Source of the DNA: a virus
IMG/VR virus record: IMGVR_UViG_3300027788_001769
Coordinates: 32,001 to 96,000 of that record
Direction: 5' to 3' (one strand)
DNA length: 64,000 nucleotides
A program made the position numbers and the translations under genes. The notes below the pieces were generated by a model, which worked only from the letters and a program-made list of their open reading frames with translations, was not told the DNA's origin and did no database searches. Below, one piece after another: positions 1 through 10,310 of this stretch. The first letter of the stretch is position 1. Each line of letters begins with the position of its first letter.

Positions 1-3000
1 GCCATTTCTCCTTGTACTTCTTCTGCTTTTTCTTTTAAGAAATTTCTAAGTCTTCTTTTTTGTTTATTACTAGGCCCAGTAGTTTGTTGTTGTTGTTGGA
101 TGTATGTTAGGTCGTTATCGATATCTTTTATGAATGAATCGAAGAACGTATTTAATTTAGCTTGTGGGTCTAGTGGTATTCCAACAAAATTTGCTGGTAT
201 TGTGGTATATGTGCCCACACCAGTTGTTTTATAATATTCCCCATTTGCCCAGTCTTTTTCAGTGTATAGTAATTGGACCCACCCATTACCATAATTAGAC
301 ATTATTTTTTCTACTTGGTTTGTGGTAAATGTCATATACTCATAAGCTGAAGAATTAAAATCATTAAATGTTGTTTTGTATATTATGTTTCCAGACTCTC
401 CACTTGCTGACACTGTTGGGTTGTCTCTGTCTCCAATTGTTAACCCGTCATTTTCTGACGTATCTAATTCCTCTATTATAGCAGCGTCATCTTCAGGGTT
501 ACCAGCCCCACTACCTTGTGTTTGACCAATTAAATCTTGGTTTGCGGCTAACCAAGCTTGTTCATCAATATCGTCATCTGTAACAGTTAGGAATGCTCTA
601 TCATCAAACATCTCTGTATTTGCATAATAATTAAACGAAAGAGCATTTTGTAACCTATTAACCGGTTCTTTCAACCCTTGTCCCCCAATATAGTTAAATG
701 TAATGTTAACAGATGCTATCATGGGTTGTACACCAATACCTTCTGGATTTAAATCAAATAAATTATCGTCATAAGTAATAGATAGTTGTTGTATAGCTAT
801 TTTTGTGTGGTAAAAATCACCCACCCTTAATACACAGATTGGTGGTGCTCCAAAAGCTGTGTTTCTTGCGGCGTCTTCAGTAGATAAAATCCCATCCCCT
901 GTTTTTGTAGGAATGGTAGCACCTGGTCTAACACACTGATTTAGGAATGTTAATCTACTATTTAAACCTTCTGGAGTCATTGAATGAAAAGCTGGGTGAA
1001 AAAACTTGAATTTTTCTTTAAGTGTATCAAATATAAATTCATTTTCTTCTTGTAGTAAATCAAAGTAGTCACACTCGGTAACCATTTTCATTAAAACTTT
1101 ATTAGCTATTTCTCTTCTTGTGTTTTTTTGTCTCTGTTGTTTTATTTTTTCTTCTGGTGGTGTAGGTCTTTCTACCCTACGTGGTGGTTTAGGTGGTTTA
1201 GGTGGTTCAGGGTCTTTAAGTATTTCAACACCAGTAATTCTAACCGCTCTACAGTCTGCAGCACCTGCAGTATACACTGAATTTGGACCTGTCTCTGCGG
1301 TATTACAAAAACTCTCACCTAAAGCTTGTGGACCGGGAAACTGTAATCTTCCATTATCCATATAACTTTTAAAAGCTAATCCCCCATCTAACAGATACGC
1401 TTTAAACATTTTTTCTACCGAATTTAATCTTCTTTTTGATAGGTTATTATTGTAACTAGCTGAAGCTATTGAACTGGCAGACCCTTCCATATTTAATATT
1501 ACAGTGTAAAGTCCGGTGTCTAAAACTTCTTTAAGAGCTTTAGCAAAAGCTGGCCATCTAGTTAGCCACTGATTTTTCGCACCGTCTGAGTCATCAAAGA
1601 AGTTTTGTAAAGCTGATTTAGATTCTTCATTTGGTGCTCTATTAACGTGTTCTGTAACTGAGTTGTCTGTAGCTAAATAACCACCAAATTTAGATTCACT
1701 TCCTGCGGCACACTCAACGTAACTTACCGAAGACGTAGTTTGTGTTGTATTAGGGTCGGGATAGTCATTATCAAAGAAAAAAGACAGTGGTGGTTGTATA
1801 AAAGATTGTAAATCTGGAATATCTGTGGTTGGTACTATCGTTCCCGGTTCACCATCATTAGTCTCAACTAATAGTTCCTGTATGGAATCGTTATCCATAC
1901 CTGGTGTATTAAGCATTTCTTGTATTTGAGTTAGTTCGTTTACTGAGAATTGTTGCCATTTTCTAGCTAAATCATATATATCGTATTTTTTACACCCAGC
2001 GAAAAAAGAATCAAGAATTTCATCCGTTTCTTTAGGTCCTAATTTTTGTAATTCTTTTCTAACAAGTAAGTTTAAAATACTGGGATGGTCAACTACTATC
2101 TTAAATTTTAAATTACCACTTCTATCTGTGTGGTTATATGTGTATATTGGTTCTGGTCTACCAACAAACTGATTGGATGTCCAATTAGGTTGACTTGCTT
2201 CATCTACAGATAGGTCATAAGGGGGAAACCACATAATCCTACCACCATTTGGTCCTCTTTCACAAGCTGGTAAATCGTTATACGTTAACCCTTTTTGTGT
2301 GCTTGTTCTCCAAGCTAAATTTTCTAAAGAGAACATATATTTTTTAACTTTAGAATCGACTATATTAGTGGACCCTTTTCCACTTTCGTCTGTTCTCCAA
2401 GGAGCAATATTTAAATTATAAGGACTATCTAACACAGAATAAGTTTCAAATCTATGATTCATAGATTTTTTCTGTAGTTTACTATAATTGTAGTAAGGGA
2501 CATCTTTAGTCCATATTCTACAATATTCTCTAGGTTGTTCAATACCTTTAGAATCTACTGGGTCAGAATTAACAAATCTTCTAATTCTAGAACCTTTAGT
2601 TAATTCTTTATACCCATCATTAAACACCTTGCTTACTTGATTCATAGCATGGGAAACCGACTTAAGTCTAGCTCCACCTTTTGGGATGGAATCTATAATT
2701 TGTTGGGTAACGTCCATTATGGAATCCTCTCTAAAGTCATAATTTGTAGACCTTGTATTATCGTAACCACTTGGTGTATCATAAGTAGGGGTGTCATCTG
2801 TTGACCCTTCAAACCCTTGTGTTGTACCAGGTACTTGTGGCCCTGGTGGTTTATCCCCAAACCCTAAGAAATTACCTACTTGTTGTAAGAAACCACCTTT
2901 AGGGGTATCTTCAGTGTACCAAGTAAATCCTCCAGGTACATTTCCTTGGTTGGCATAGGCTAATCCTTTCATACCAAAATTATAATCGTTAGAATCAAAT

Positions 3001-4154
3001 TCTTTGGCTACAACATCTGGTCCATATATAGGTACGTAATTTTTACCAGCGTATGTGTTATTTGGTGGACTAACCATGTCAGCTATTCTATTCCTTGGGC
3101 CACCAACATATTCCGGCATGTTTGGTGGTTGATTCCCAAACCCAAGTATTCCACCACCAATAAAATCAATCGCTTCACCTATTGCTGCTCCCACCGCTGT
3201 TTGTGCTTGTGCTCCTTCACCATAATTTGGACCATATTTGTTGTATCTAATATGTTTAAACAATGATGATTTTGTTCCACCAGCAGTGTATTCTAAAAAT
3301 CTTTGTGACGCGGATTGTCTTCTACGTGGTATACCAACTAAACTACCTAATATTCCTGTTATATCAGAAACTATTTTACCCGCGGTAGACAATCCACGAG
3401 CTGGTTCTAATTCAAAATAATCACCAGGAATATAAGAAAATGGTATATAAACACCAGTTAGTCTAGATACAAAATCTAGTCCTTTACCAATTAATCCTTT
3501 TGGTACTGTTATTGTGTTGTCTCTTTCTATTAGAGATTCTCTACCAGTAACAATATCTAAAGCCATAAATGGGTCTTTCATAGCATCAACAAAATTAAGT
3601 CTTCCTACTGTCTCTTGGTATAGTTCAAAAGCAATCCTAGTTTCAAACTCTTTTCTAAGTTGTTGTGCACCATATTGTTGTAGTAAACTATCATCTAAAA
3701 CCTTACCAGACAGTAAACCGGATGAATCTACACTACTTAATATTTGTAATGGAGAATAATATTGGGCAACAGTCATAAATGGATTAGCTCCAAATAGACC
3801 AGCTCCAGTTTCAGGTGGTGAAAATGATGGGTAATACCCTTCGTTTACTCTTGCTATATTTTGAGAGGCTGTATATATTTGTACCCAATTTTGGTATCCA
3901 CCTGGGGGACCGTAAATATTTGCTAGATAGGATTTGTCAATAAAAAATTCACCAGCTAAGTCTACGGATGGTTGGTCAACAACCGACATATCTCTAGTAC
4001 CTTCCAAGAAATAAGTACCAGGTGTTACAGAAGATATTATACCAGCAGAACCCGCTGGGTCTTCTAGATTTTTAACCATCATTTGTTGTCTTAGGTATTC
4101 TGTTCCGTTAAAACTAAGTAAATTTAGTGGTGTATTTTGTGGTATTATTGCCAT
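1..4154 (-). CDS. Large baseplate/tail-tube-initiator-like virion protein with inserted OmpA-like domain (partial, runs off the window start; >1380 aa)
   Basis: Missing from the ORF track because it has no stop in the window. ATG at 4154 (MAIIPQNTPLNLLSFNG...); same open frame at every segment I translated, down to base 1 (...KEKAEEVQGEM). Contains WFPPYDLSVDEASQPNWTSNQFVGRPEPIYTYNHTDRSGNLKFKIV and GAPPICVLRVGDFYHTKIAIQQLSITYD (tube-initiator/gp48-gp54-like by pattern). Lies directly downstream of the tape measure gene. Confidence 0.75.
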   Translation of the reverse strand, partial: MAIIPQNTPLNLLSFNGTEYLRQQMMVKNLEDPAGSAGIISSVTPGTYFLEGTRDMSVVDQPSVDLAGEFFIDKSYLANIYGPPGGYQNWVQIYTASQNIARVNEGYYPSFSPPETGAGLFGANPFMTVAQYYSPLQILSSVDSSGLLSGKVLDDSLLQQYGAQQLRKEFETRIAFELYQETVGRLNFVDAMKDPFMALDIVTGRESLIERDNTITVPKGLIGKGLDFVSRLTGVYIPFSYIPGDYFELEPARGLSTAGKIVSDITGILGSLVGIPRRRQSASQRFLEYTAGGTKSSLFKHIRYNKYGPNYGEGAQAQTAVGAAIGEAIDFIGGGILGFGNQPPNMPEYVGGPRNRIADMVSPPNNTYAGKNYVPIYGPDVVAKEFDSNDYNFGMKGLAYANQGNVPGGFTWYTEDTPKGGFLQQVGNFLGFGDKPPGPQVPGTTQGFEGSTDDTPTYDTPSGYDNTRSTNYDFREDSIMDVTQQIIDSIPKGGARLKSVSHAMNQVSKVFNDGYKELTKGSRIRRFVNSDPVDSKGIEQPREYCRIWTKDVPYYNYSKLQKKSMNHRFETYSVLDSPYNLNIAPWRTDESGKGSTNIVDSKVKKYMFSLENLAWRTSTQKGLTYNDLPACERGPNGGRIMWFPPYDLSVDEASQPNWTSNQFVGRPEPIYTYNHTDRSGNLKFKIVVDHPSILNLLVRKELQKLGPKETDEILDSFFAGCKKYDIYDLARKWQQFSVNELTQIQEMLNTPGMDNDSIQELLVETNDGEPGTIVPTTDIPDLQSFIQPPLSFFFDNDYPDPNTTQTTSSVSYVECAAGSESKFGGYLATDNSVTEHVNRAPNEESKSALQNFFDDSDGAKNQWLTRWPAFAKALKEVLDTGLYTVILNMEGSASSIASASYNNNLSKRRLNSVEKMFKAYLLDGGLAFKSYMDNGRLQFPGPQALGESFCNTAETGPNSVYTAGAADCRAVRITGVEILKDPEPPKPPKPPRRVERPTPPEEKIKQQRQKNTRREIANKVLMKMVTECDYFDLLQEENEFIFDTLKEKFKFFHPAFHSMTPEGLNSRLTFLNQCVRPGATIPTKTGDGILSTEDAARNTAFGAPPICVLRVGDFYHTKIAIQQLSITYDDNLFDLNPEGIGVQPMIASVNITFNYIGGQGLKEPVNRLQNALSFNYYANTEMFDDRAFLTVTDDDIDEQAWLAANQDLIGQTQGSGAGNPEDDAAIIEELDTSENDGLTIGDRDNPTVSASGESGNIIYKTTFNDFNSSAYEYMTFTTNQVEKIMSNYGNGWVQLLYTEKDWANGEYYKTTGVGTYTTIPANFVGIPLDPQAKLNTFFDSFIKDIDNDLTYIQQQQQTTGPSNKQKRRLRNFLKEKAEEVQGEM

Positions 4155-4166
4155 TTATCTTCTTTT

Positions 4167-6212
4167 TTAATTTAAAACATATCCCTTGCCCAACTCAACA
4201 AAGTCAGGTTTACCTGTCATCGAAACTTGTTGGAATCTTGATTTTAGGATTTGTATGTATTGGTCATTGTTTAATATTTTCATAGGGTCTAAATTACCTA
4301 AGTTTTTACCATCTAAAACAATTTTTATTGTACCACTAGTTTCTTGTTTAACATTAATGTTATCCATACCACTAACCACATTACCTCCATTTACATTAGT
4401 TTGTTCAAAAGAAGTGCTGTAGTCACCACCAGCGATTGTACTAGCTAAATCTCCAGCCCCCAAATTAGTTTGACCAACTTTACCCATATCCACAGCAAAA
4501 ACTGTGTCATCATTAGATACCGTAGCTACACCTTGATTGGATAGTATAGAGGCGGGTCCTTCGGTAGCATAATCATTAACCGAAAAATGTCCAGCAAATT
4601 TTTCTATTCCAGTATTAAAATATAATAACCCTCTGTTAGCCATTTCATCAAAAGTACTTTGTTTTCCAAAATAAGGTTCTAGGTTTTCTTGTTCACCAGG
4701 ACTACCCATAACAACGTTACTTAGACCACTTACAATTCCTTGGGATAATTTATCAGTTAAAAGTTGTACTGTTTCTGTATCTATAGTTACGGCCGCTCCA
4801 GCCATACTTTCATTTAGGTCAGCAAACGGGAAATTTTTAATTAAGGAGGCCTCCAACGCTTTTCCTGGTGTTTCCATTGTTCCCGCTATAACCTCAAGAG
4901 CGTTTAGTTGTTGAATCATCAGTTCTCTTTCGTCCATACCAGCAAACTTATCATCTTGCATTTTCTGGTCTTCCATTTGTTTTCTTAAAGCTTCAACTTG
5001 TTCTACCCCTAAGTCTTGTAACTTAACCATTTTATCATCAACAGCAATTTCGAACTGTCCACCTTCACCCATAGTAGCCATACCTTCTACAAAACTTTGT
5101 AATTCAGCAGCATCATCAGACTGTAAAAAGTCTAAACTAAACTGATTCTGCATCATATCAAACTTATGTTGTTGTTCCATCATTCTAACAAACTCCTCTC
5201 TAGTCATATCTAACTCAGACGCTAAAGCTCCTATTTGTCTTATTGATGTTGGTGGTATTTCTAATCTGTTGGTTTCTTCATTAAACACAGCTAAATCTCT
5301 ACCTGCTCCAACTAAACTTTTTTGTAGACCTTCTAAGTCATTAGTGGCCATATACATTAACTTAAATGGGTCAGCTAGGTCACCAGCAGCACCACCTAAA
5401 ACTTGTAGGTTAGCAGCTAATTCTATAGCACCTTCTGGACTCATAACTTTTTCAGCTAGATTTACGACTTTACCCATGTCCAACCCTAATTTCTGAGCTT
5501 GTGCTGCCATTCTAGCAAACCCTTTAACACCATCCGCAAAGTTATAACTGTTAAGGGTATCCATTCTACCAGCGATATCACCCATGAATTTGTCAACATT
5601 AATACCTTGCATTCTGGCTACTTCAGCCATTTCCATGGTCTTATCTACGGCATCACCCATGGATAGTCCCATTTGTTCAAACCCTTTAACTACTTCAGCA
5701 GACTCTTGTGCTGTCATATTTAAAGAAACTGACATAAGTGTTAATCTTTCTAGGTCTTCACTACTAATAGATAGATTTTTACCTACTTCATCACTTATTT
5801 CCGCTAGGGTTTCGAATGTTCTTGTGGTGTCAATTCCAAATTTATGAAGTTGTACAGCTGCGTCTAATACACTAGCTGATGTTTGTTGTTGTAAACTACC
5901 TACCTGACCAAGTTGTGTAACTACTTGTTTTCTTAGTGTTAATTCTTGGTCTATTAAGCTATTAATTTGTTCTCTAGCGACCACCCCAGCTTCGTCTGTT
6001 TTACCTATTTGGGTCATCAAACCTAAGTTCTCAACCTGTTTACTGACTGTCTGTGATATTAGCCCTAAATAATCTTTAGCTCCTGTTGTGTCTGGTTTGG
6101 GTGTGTTAACGTTACTGGATTTGTTTTGACTTGTAATTTTAGCTCGACTATTAGCGTCAATATTCATCCACTCACTTTTACTTAAACCGTAATTATCCCA
6201 TATCTGTGCCAT
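4167..6212 (-). CDS. Tail tape measure protein
   Basis: 681 aa, helical and rich in Ala/Met/Gln/Leu; canonical position after tube and chaperone genes. Confidence 0.75.
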   Translation of the reverse strand: MAQIWDNYGLSKSEWMNIDANSRAKITSQNKSSNVNTPKPDTTGAKDYLGLISQTVSKQVENLGLMTQIGKTDEAGVVAREQINSLIDQELTLRKQVVTQLGQVGSLQQQTSASVLDAAVQLHKFGIDTTRTFETLAEISDEVGKNLSISSEDLERLTLMSVSLNMTAQESAEVVKGFEQMGLSMGDAVDKTMEMAEVARMQGINVDKFMGDIAGRMDTLNSYNFADGVKGFARMAAQAQKLGLDMGKVVNLAEKVMSPEGAIELAANLQVLGGAAGDLADPFKLMYMATNDLEGLQKSLVGAGRDLAVFNEETNRLEIPPTSIRQIGALASELDMTREEFVRMMEQQHKFDMMQNQFSLDFLQSDDAAELQSFVEGMATMGEGGQFEIAVDDKMVKLQDLGVEQVEALRKQMEDQKMQDDKFAGMDERELMIQQLNALEVIAGTMETPGKALEASLIKNFPFADLNESMAGAAVTIDTETVQLLTDKLSQGIVSGLSNVVMGSPGEQENLEPYFGKQSTFDEMANRGLLYFNTGIEKFAGHFSVNDYATEGPASILSNQGVATVSNDDTVFAVDMGKVGQTNLGAGDLASTIAGGDYSTSFEQTNVNGGNVVSGMDNINVKQETSGTIKIVLDGKNLGNLDPMKILNNDQYIQILKSRFQQVSMTGKPDFVELGKGYVLN

Positions 6213-6251
6213 AGCATTGTTTTATAGTTATAAATAGTGGGGTTTAAATTT

Positions 6252-6459
6252 CTAACGCGATTTGTTTTGGGCTTTGTTTTTTGCCTGTTCCCTAGCTTCG
6301 TTCCTTTTTTCAAACTCACCGATTAACTTTCCTAAATAATAACGTCTTTCAAAAATTGGCATGTTATATACCGATTCATGCGAAAAATTACCGTATTTTA
6401 CGAGGTAATAGACCTCATCAAGCACAGCTTGCCTATACTCCGAAGAAAGGACGAAAAAA
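6252..6459 (-). CDS. Tail assembly chaperone C-terminal extension (T4 gp51-like / 'T' segment), probably reached by frameshift
   Basis: YYLVKYGNFSHESVYNMPIFERRYYL resembles the gp51-like 'MPxxER' family; overlaps the end of the upstream ORF in the +1 frame; no ATG before the conserved part. Confidence 0.6.
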
Positions 6460-7197
6460 CTCCGCCCCAAATGCCACACGGGATGTGACCTTTTCTCCTG
6501 ACGGGGCTGTTGTTGAAATTGTTAAATCGAGACCTGGTTTATTACCAGTTATGAATTTTCTAAGTGATTGTGAATCTTTAATTGGCATGGCTTGAATCCA
6601 TATGGATAGTTGTTCTGGACTTCGTTCACCGTCAATCTCTTTTATTAACAGTTCTAATCTCTTAGTTACTGCGGGTACCACTTGTGACCCTTTGTATTGG
6701 TCTTGTAGTGTTTCTAAAACTTTTTCTTCATCGGCACTTAAGAATTTAAATTTAGCTCTTTTTTGGGATACTGGGAATATGTACTCAAATTCCCCCTTCT
6801 CATCAGGTTTTAAATCAAATTCTTTAAAAGATACAGCTCCTAAGTCAACAACATAATCAAAAGATTCTTGTGTTTTAGGGTCAACTAACTTTAGATTGTA
6901 ATCACTACCATAAGCCGTATTTCTTAAAAATATTAAAATAGCTTCTTTGTCACAATCTAATAAGTCTTCTACTTTAATGTCAGACGCTACTAATTTTCTA
7001 CGTAGTAATTCGTTTATTAAATTTCCTTCTTTAACTAAATTTTGTGAAGTTAGTACATTTTCATCAGATGCTGTTAAATAGGTTACCTTTACTGAACTAA
7101 TCTTGTTTTTGTAAAATATACCTTTAGAAGGTAAGGTAACCACATCATAAGGAACATTGATTTCGTGTTGTGGTTGATATGTTTGTGTTGGGTCCAT
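6433..7197 (-). CDS. Baseplate hub assembly / tail assembly chaperone (T4 gp26-like)
   Basis: VTLPSKGIFY, YLTASDENVLTS, DKEAILIFLRNTAYGSDY and C-terminal EFF; lies between tube and tape measure genes. Confidence 0.7.
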   Translation of the reverse strand: MDPTQTYQPQHEINVPYDVVTLPSKGIFYKNKISSVKVTYLTASDENVLTSQNLVKEGNLINELLRRKLVASDIKVEDLLDCDKEAILIFLRNTAYGSDYNLKLVDPKTQESFDYVVDLGAVSFKEFDLKPDEKGEFEYIFPVSQKRAKFKFLSADEEKVLETLQDQYKGSQVVPAVTKRLELLIKEIDGERSPEQLSIWIQAMPIKDSQSLRKFITGNKPGLDLTISTTAPSGEKVTSRVAFGAEFFRPFFGV

Positions 7198-7269
7198 AAT
7201 ATTTTTTCTTGTGAAAAACTTAAAGTTATTTTAATTAAAGTAAACTACTTCTTTATATTAAATATGAAT

Positions 7270-7301
7270 AAAAAAAAATCCATACCTATAAGATATGGAT
7301 T
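7270..7301 (-). terminator. Rho-independent terminator after the tail tube gene
   Basis: Minus strand ATCCATA-loop-TATGGAT followed by a T9 run. Confidence 0.65.
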
Positions 7302-7323
7302 AATTAATTTTTTGTAAACTATA

Positions 7324-7812
7324 TTAGTAAACCAATATACATCTGTCTGGTCTTAAAGTAGCTGATATATTAGCTAACCCCTCATCACTATATGATAGGT
7401 CGTTGAAGTTTACGTCGGTTAAGAATGTCCCTTGTAAAATCCACTTTTCCACTACAACCCCAGTAGGGTCTAGCATTTCCAAGTCAATGTCTTTTTTATA
7501 TCCAGCAGCGTACCCCATTCTACCTGTTACTGATTCTGCGTGTAGTCTAGTCCACTCCATTAACGCTTGTGCAGCTGAAGGCCCTATCGGGTCCCTGAAG
7601 GTTACGTTTATTGTGTTCCAAACAAATCTACCAGCAACGTACGTTGAGGTGTTTAAAAAAGGAATCTCTACGGACCCTATTGATATGTTCGGTCTTGATG
7701 TACTTTCCACATACCACTCATTAATACCCAAAGAAGAAGGGAATCTTAAAATAAACCGATTTTTCTTTTTCGGTTCATAGGGTATGGGCATTTTCATTAA
7801 TAAATCAGCCAT
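7324..7812 (-). CDS. Tail tube protein (T4 gp19-like)
   Basis: YEPKKKNRF, YVAGRFVWNTINVTFRD, GYAAGYKKDI, LDPTGVVVEKW: gp19 tube fold; 162 aa. Confidence 0.88.
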   Translation of the reverse strand: MADLLMKMPIPYEPKKKNRFILRFPSSLGINEWYVESTSRPNISIGSVEIPFLNTSTYVAGRFVWNTINVTFRDPIGPSAAQALMEWTRLHAESVTGRMGYAAGYKKDIDLEMLDPTGVVVEKWILQGTFLTDVNFNDLSYSDEGLANISATLRPDRCILVY

Positions 7813-7949
7813 GTCTTATTTTTTTGTTTTAAAGTCTTTATTTACTAATAAATATACAGTTTGTTAAAAATAGTTAGGTTTTAAACCTTTACTTGCAAAA
7901 TATATATTATAGTGTTATATGCATAAATAAATATATGCTTTTTAATTAT

Positions 7950-8600
7950 TTAATATAAAGCATGCTTTATAAAAAGCTTGCTATTTAATTCTTTAGGCAA
8001 TCTAGCTTTAAGCTTCCTCATTTCTTTAATGTTCTTTATATCGTCATCTATAAACAATATTTCATTATAGACGTGTAACAAGGATTCCATCACCTCCGCT
8101 TTTTTCTCGTAGTCAGTAACCCCTTTTAACCCCTTTACTCTTTTAGAGTCATTTATAGCGTATACGTTTTCTCTAGTCAATTTATCACCAATAGGTATTA
8201 ACTCACCTTCTTTATTTTTATACATCAACCAATCTTTTAACCCTTTAAATACTACATCCTCTGAAGACCTTGCTGTTAATATTCCTAACTGGTAACCCCT
8301 AGATAACAAGTCATCCATAATCTCTAGATTAGATACTATAGGTTCTGCTTGGGATATTGACCTTTTTATTTTTATCGGGTCTAAAAAGTCTCTATAGTCG
8401 TAATAGTTCTTATTTTCCTCTGTAACATCTTCATGAGCATAGTCTGATGGTGTTAATTTAACTTCACTACTATCTGTAGGTAAATTTCTATATATGTAAA
8501 TTTGTGAGGGTTTTAAAATAGTATCGTCAACATCTAATAATATTAATCTATTTTGATTAACACTTTCACTAATAATATTTTTTTTAACTATGTAAGGCAT
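7950..8600 (-). CDS. HAD-superfamily phosphatase
   Basis: Motif I LLDVDDTIL, motif II ILTARS, motif IV FIDDDIKN. Confidence 0.75.
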   Translation of the reverse strand: MPYIVKKNIISESVNQNRLILLDVDDTILKPSQIYIYRNLPTDSSEVKLTPSDYAHEDVTEENKNYYDYRDFLDPIKIKRSISQAEPIVSNLEIMDDLLSRGYQLGILTARSSEDVVFKGLKDWLMYKNKEGELIPIGDKLTRENVYAINDSKRVKGLKGVTDYEKKAEVMESLLHVYNEILFIDDDIKNIKEMRKLKARLPKELNSKLFIKHALY

Positions 8601-8603
8601 GTT

Positions 8604-9488
8604 TTATTTAAAATTAGATAGAAATGGGTATAACTCATCTTCTTGTAGTATCTTAGTTATAGAAGGCATCATCCACGGAGATATGTTAGATATTTTCATT
8701 CCATTAGTTAACCAGATAAAAACTTGTGAGTTTTTTAATGCACTTACTTGAGCCTCTCCGAAAGTACCAGCACCAGCAGTACCATCAAAATTAATTAGAT
8801 TTGTATCACACACTTTTAACATATACAAATCTTGAACCACTATTTGGTCTCTAATTTTTTCTCTAAATACAGCAAATTCTTCATCGTTTAGTTGGTTAGA
8901 TTTCCAGGCTTTAAATAACTTTTGGAACTCTTCGTCCTCATCTCTTACTGTTTCAGCTCTAAGAGGGTTTAATATAGCTGGTGTTTCTATCCCTTTAAAA
9001 TCCATAGTACCGTTAGTTACCAAATCAAGTAACCTATCACCCTTAACCACATGTCCTTCTCCGAAAAAATCCTCTATTTGTGTTCTCCAAGACATAGCGT
9101 CTGTAGCAAAATCTATTCCACCACCTAAATACATTGCTCTGGGAGTAAAAATTCCATTCATGTCCTTAGGGTCAAGAACCTTTAACATTTTTATAGTATC
9201 TTCCATTTCTTTAGCACTAGCGTTAATTAAGTAATCGGATGCTTTATCGGTTAAGTATCTTTTAAACCACTTACTTATTTGGTTAAATACATTTCCAGAA
9301 GATTTTAATTCTGGTATACCACCATATTCTATTTCTTCTAATTCCATAGATTGGTCTGAAGAAACTAACATTTCTAATTGATTTTGTAATTGACTTCTTA
9401 AATTGTATGGTAGTGAATAAATCTCATCGTATGTTGTAGTTTTATCTTCTTCATATTCCCTTAAAAGATTTTTAATTCTATTTCTCAT
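8604..9488 (-). CDS. Nucleoside 2-deoxyribosyltransferase / dNMP N-glycosidase-like protein with N-terminal extension
   Basis: YLGGGI...SWR...LNP...QDLYMLKVCD...GAGTFGE pattern of the NDT-like Rossmannoid fold. Confidence 0.65.
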   Translation of the reverse strand: MRNRIKNLLREYEEDKTTTYDEIYSLPYNLRSQLQNQLEMLVSSDQSMELEEIEYGGIPELKSSGNVFNQISKWFKRYLTDKASDYLINASAKEMEDTIKMLKVLDPKDMNGIFTPRAMYLGGGIDFATDAMSWRTQIEDFFGEGHVVKGDRLLDLVTNGTMDFKGIETPAILNPLRAETVRDEDEEFQKLFKAWKSNQLNDEEFAVFREKIRDQIVVQDLYMLKVCDTNLINFDGTAGAGTFGEAQVSALKNSQVFIWLTNGMKISNISPWMMPSITKILQEDELYPFLSNFK

Positions 9489-10294
9489 TAGTATTCCGTA
9501 TTATCTATTTTATTACCGACCATTATGTCTTTAGCTGCTGAAGTACCTAATCTAGTAGCTCCAGCATCAATCATTGCCCTGGCGTCATCTTTACTATAAA
9601 TACCACCAGATGCTTTAACTTGTAGTGGTCCTGAATTTGATTTCATAATACTTACGGCTTCTGGTGTCGCTCCTACTGGTCTACCATCATCAGTTTTATA
9701 AAACCCGGTTGAGGTCTTAACAAAAACATTCTTGGCATTTTGTACACCCACAGTCTCTATTACTATTTTACTAATTAACCTTGTAAGTTCAGATATTTCC
9801 TCATTGTTTAAAGCTGCAGACTCTATAATCCATTTAACCACTTTTCCGTCTTCTACACCAATAGCTGTGCCTTCACTAACCTCTTTCATTACTGTATCTA
9901 GGTCACCACCCTTAAAAGCTTTATAATCCACAACAAAATCTAATTCATCCACACCATCCTCTATAGCTTTTATAGCTTCATCCATTTTTGCACCCTGTCC
10001 AGTATCACCATTAGGAAACCCTATAACGGTACCAACTAACACATTAGCCCCCTTACTATCTATGAACTCACGAGCTGATTTAACGTACTCTGGTCTTAAC
10101 ATAACTAACTTCATGTTATGGTCTATCTCATCTTTAATTGTATTAAAAACTATATCGTCGGTTTCTTCCTCCCCTATACCTGCCTGTTCTGGGGTTTTTA
10201 AATAAGTAGAATCTAAGTAAGACGATAAATTATCCTCTTCTTGTTCCTTTATTACCATTAAAGACTTAATTCTTTTTATTTCTTCATTTAACAT
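9488..10294 (-). CDS. deoC: Deoxyribose-phosphate aldolase
   Basis: TVIGFPNG, GVDELDFV, KWIIES, FVKTSTGF (Schiff-base Lys), VKASGGI, GATRLGTS. Confidence 0.93.
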   Translation of the reverse strand: MLNEEIKRIKSLMVIKEQEEDNLSSYLDSTYLKTPEQAGIGEEETDDIVFNTIKDEIDHNMKLVMLRPEYVKSAREFIDSKGANVLVGTVIGFPNGDTGQGAKMDEAIKAIEDGVDELDFVVDYKAFKGGDLDTVMKEVSEGTAIGVEDGKVVKWIIESAALNNEEISELTRLISKIVIETVGVQNAKNVFVKTSTGFYKTDDGRPVGATPEAVSIMKSNSGPLQVKASGGIYSKDDARAMIDAGATRLGTSAAKDIMVGNKIDNTEY

Positions 10295-10310
10295 GTGGTT
10301 CTTGTTTGTA

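Noticed and set aside
1120-3759. Short + strand ORFs (1120, 3238, 3514)
   Set aside because: Antisense shadows of the long minus-strand CDS 1-4154
4186-7780. + strand ORFs over the TMP, chaperone and tube genes (similar shadow ORFs occur throughout the window)
   Set aside because: Antisense to well-supported genes; S/L/F-rich shadow composition with no motifs
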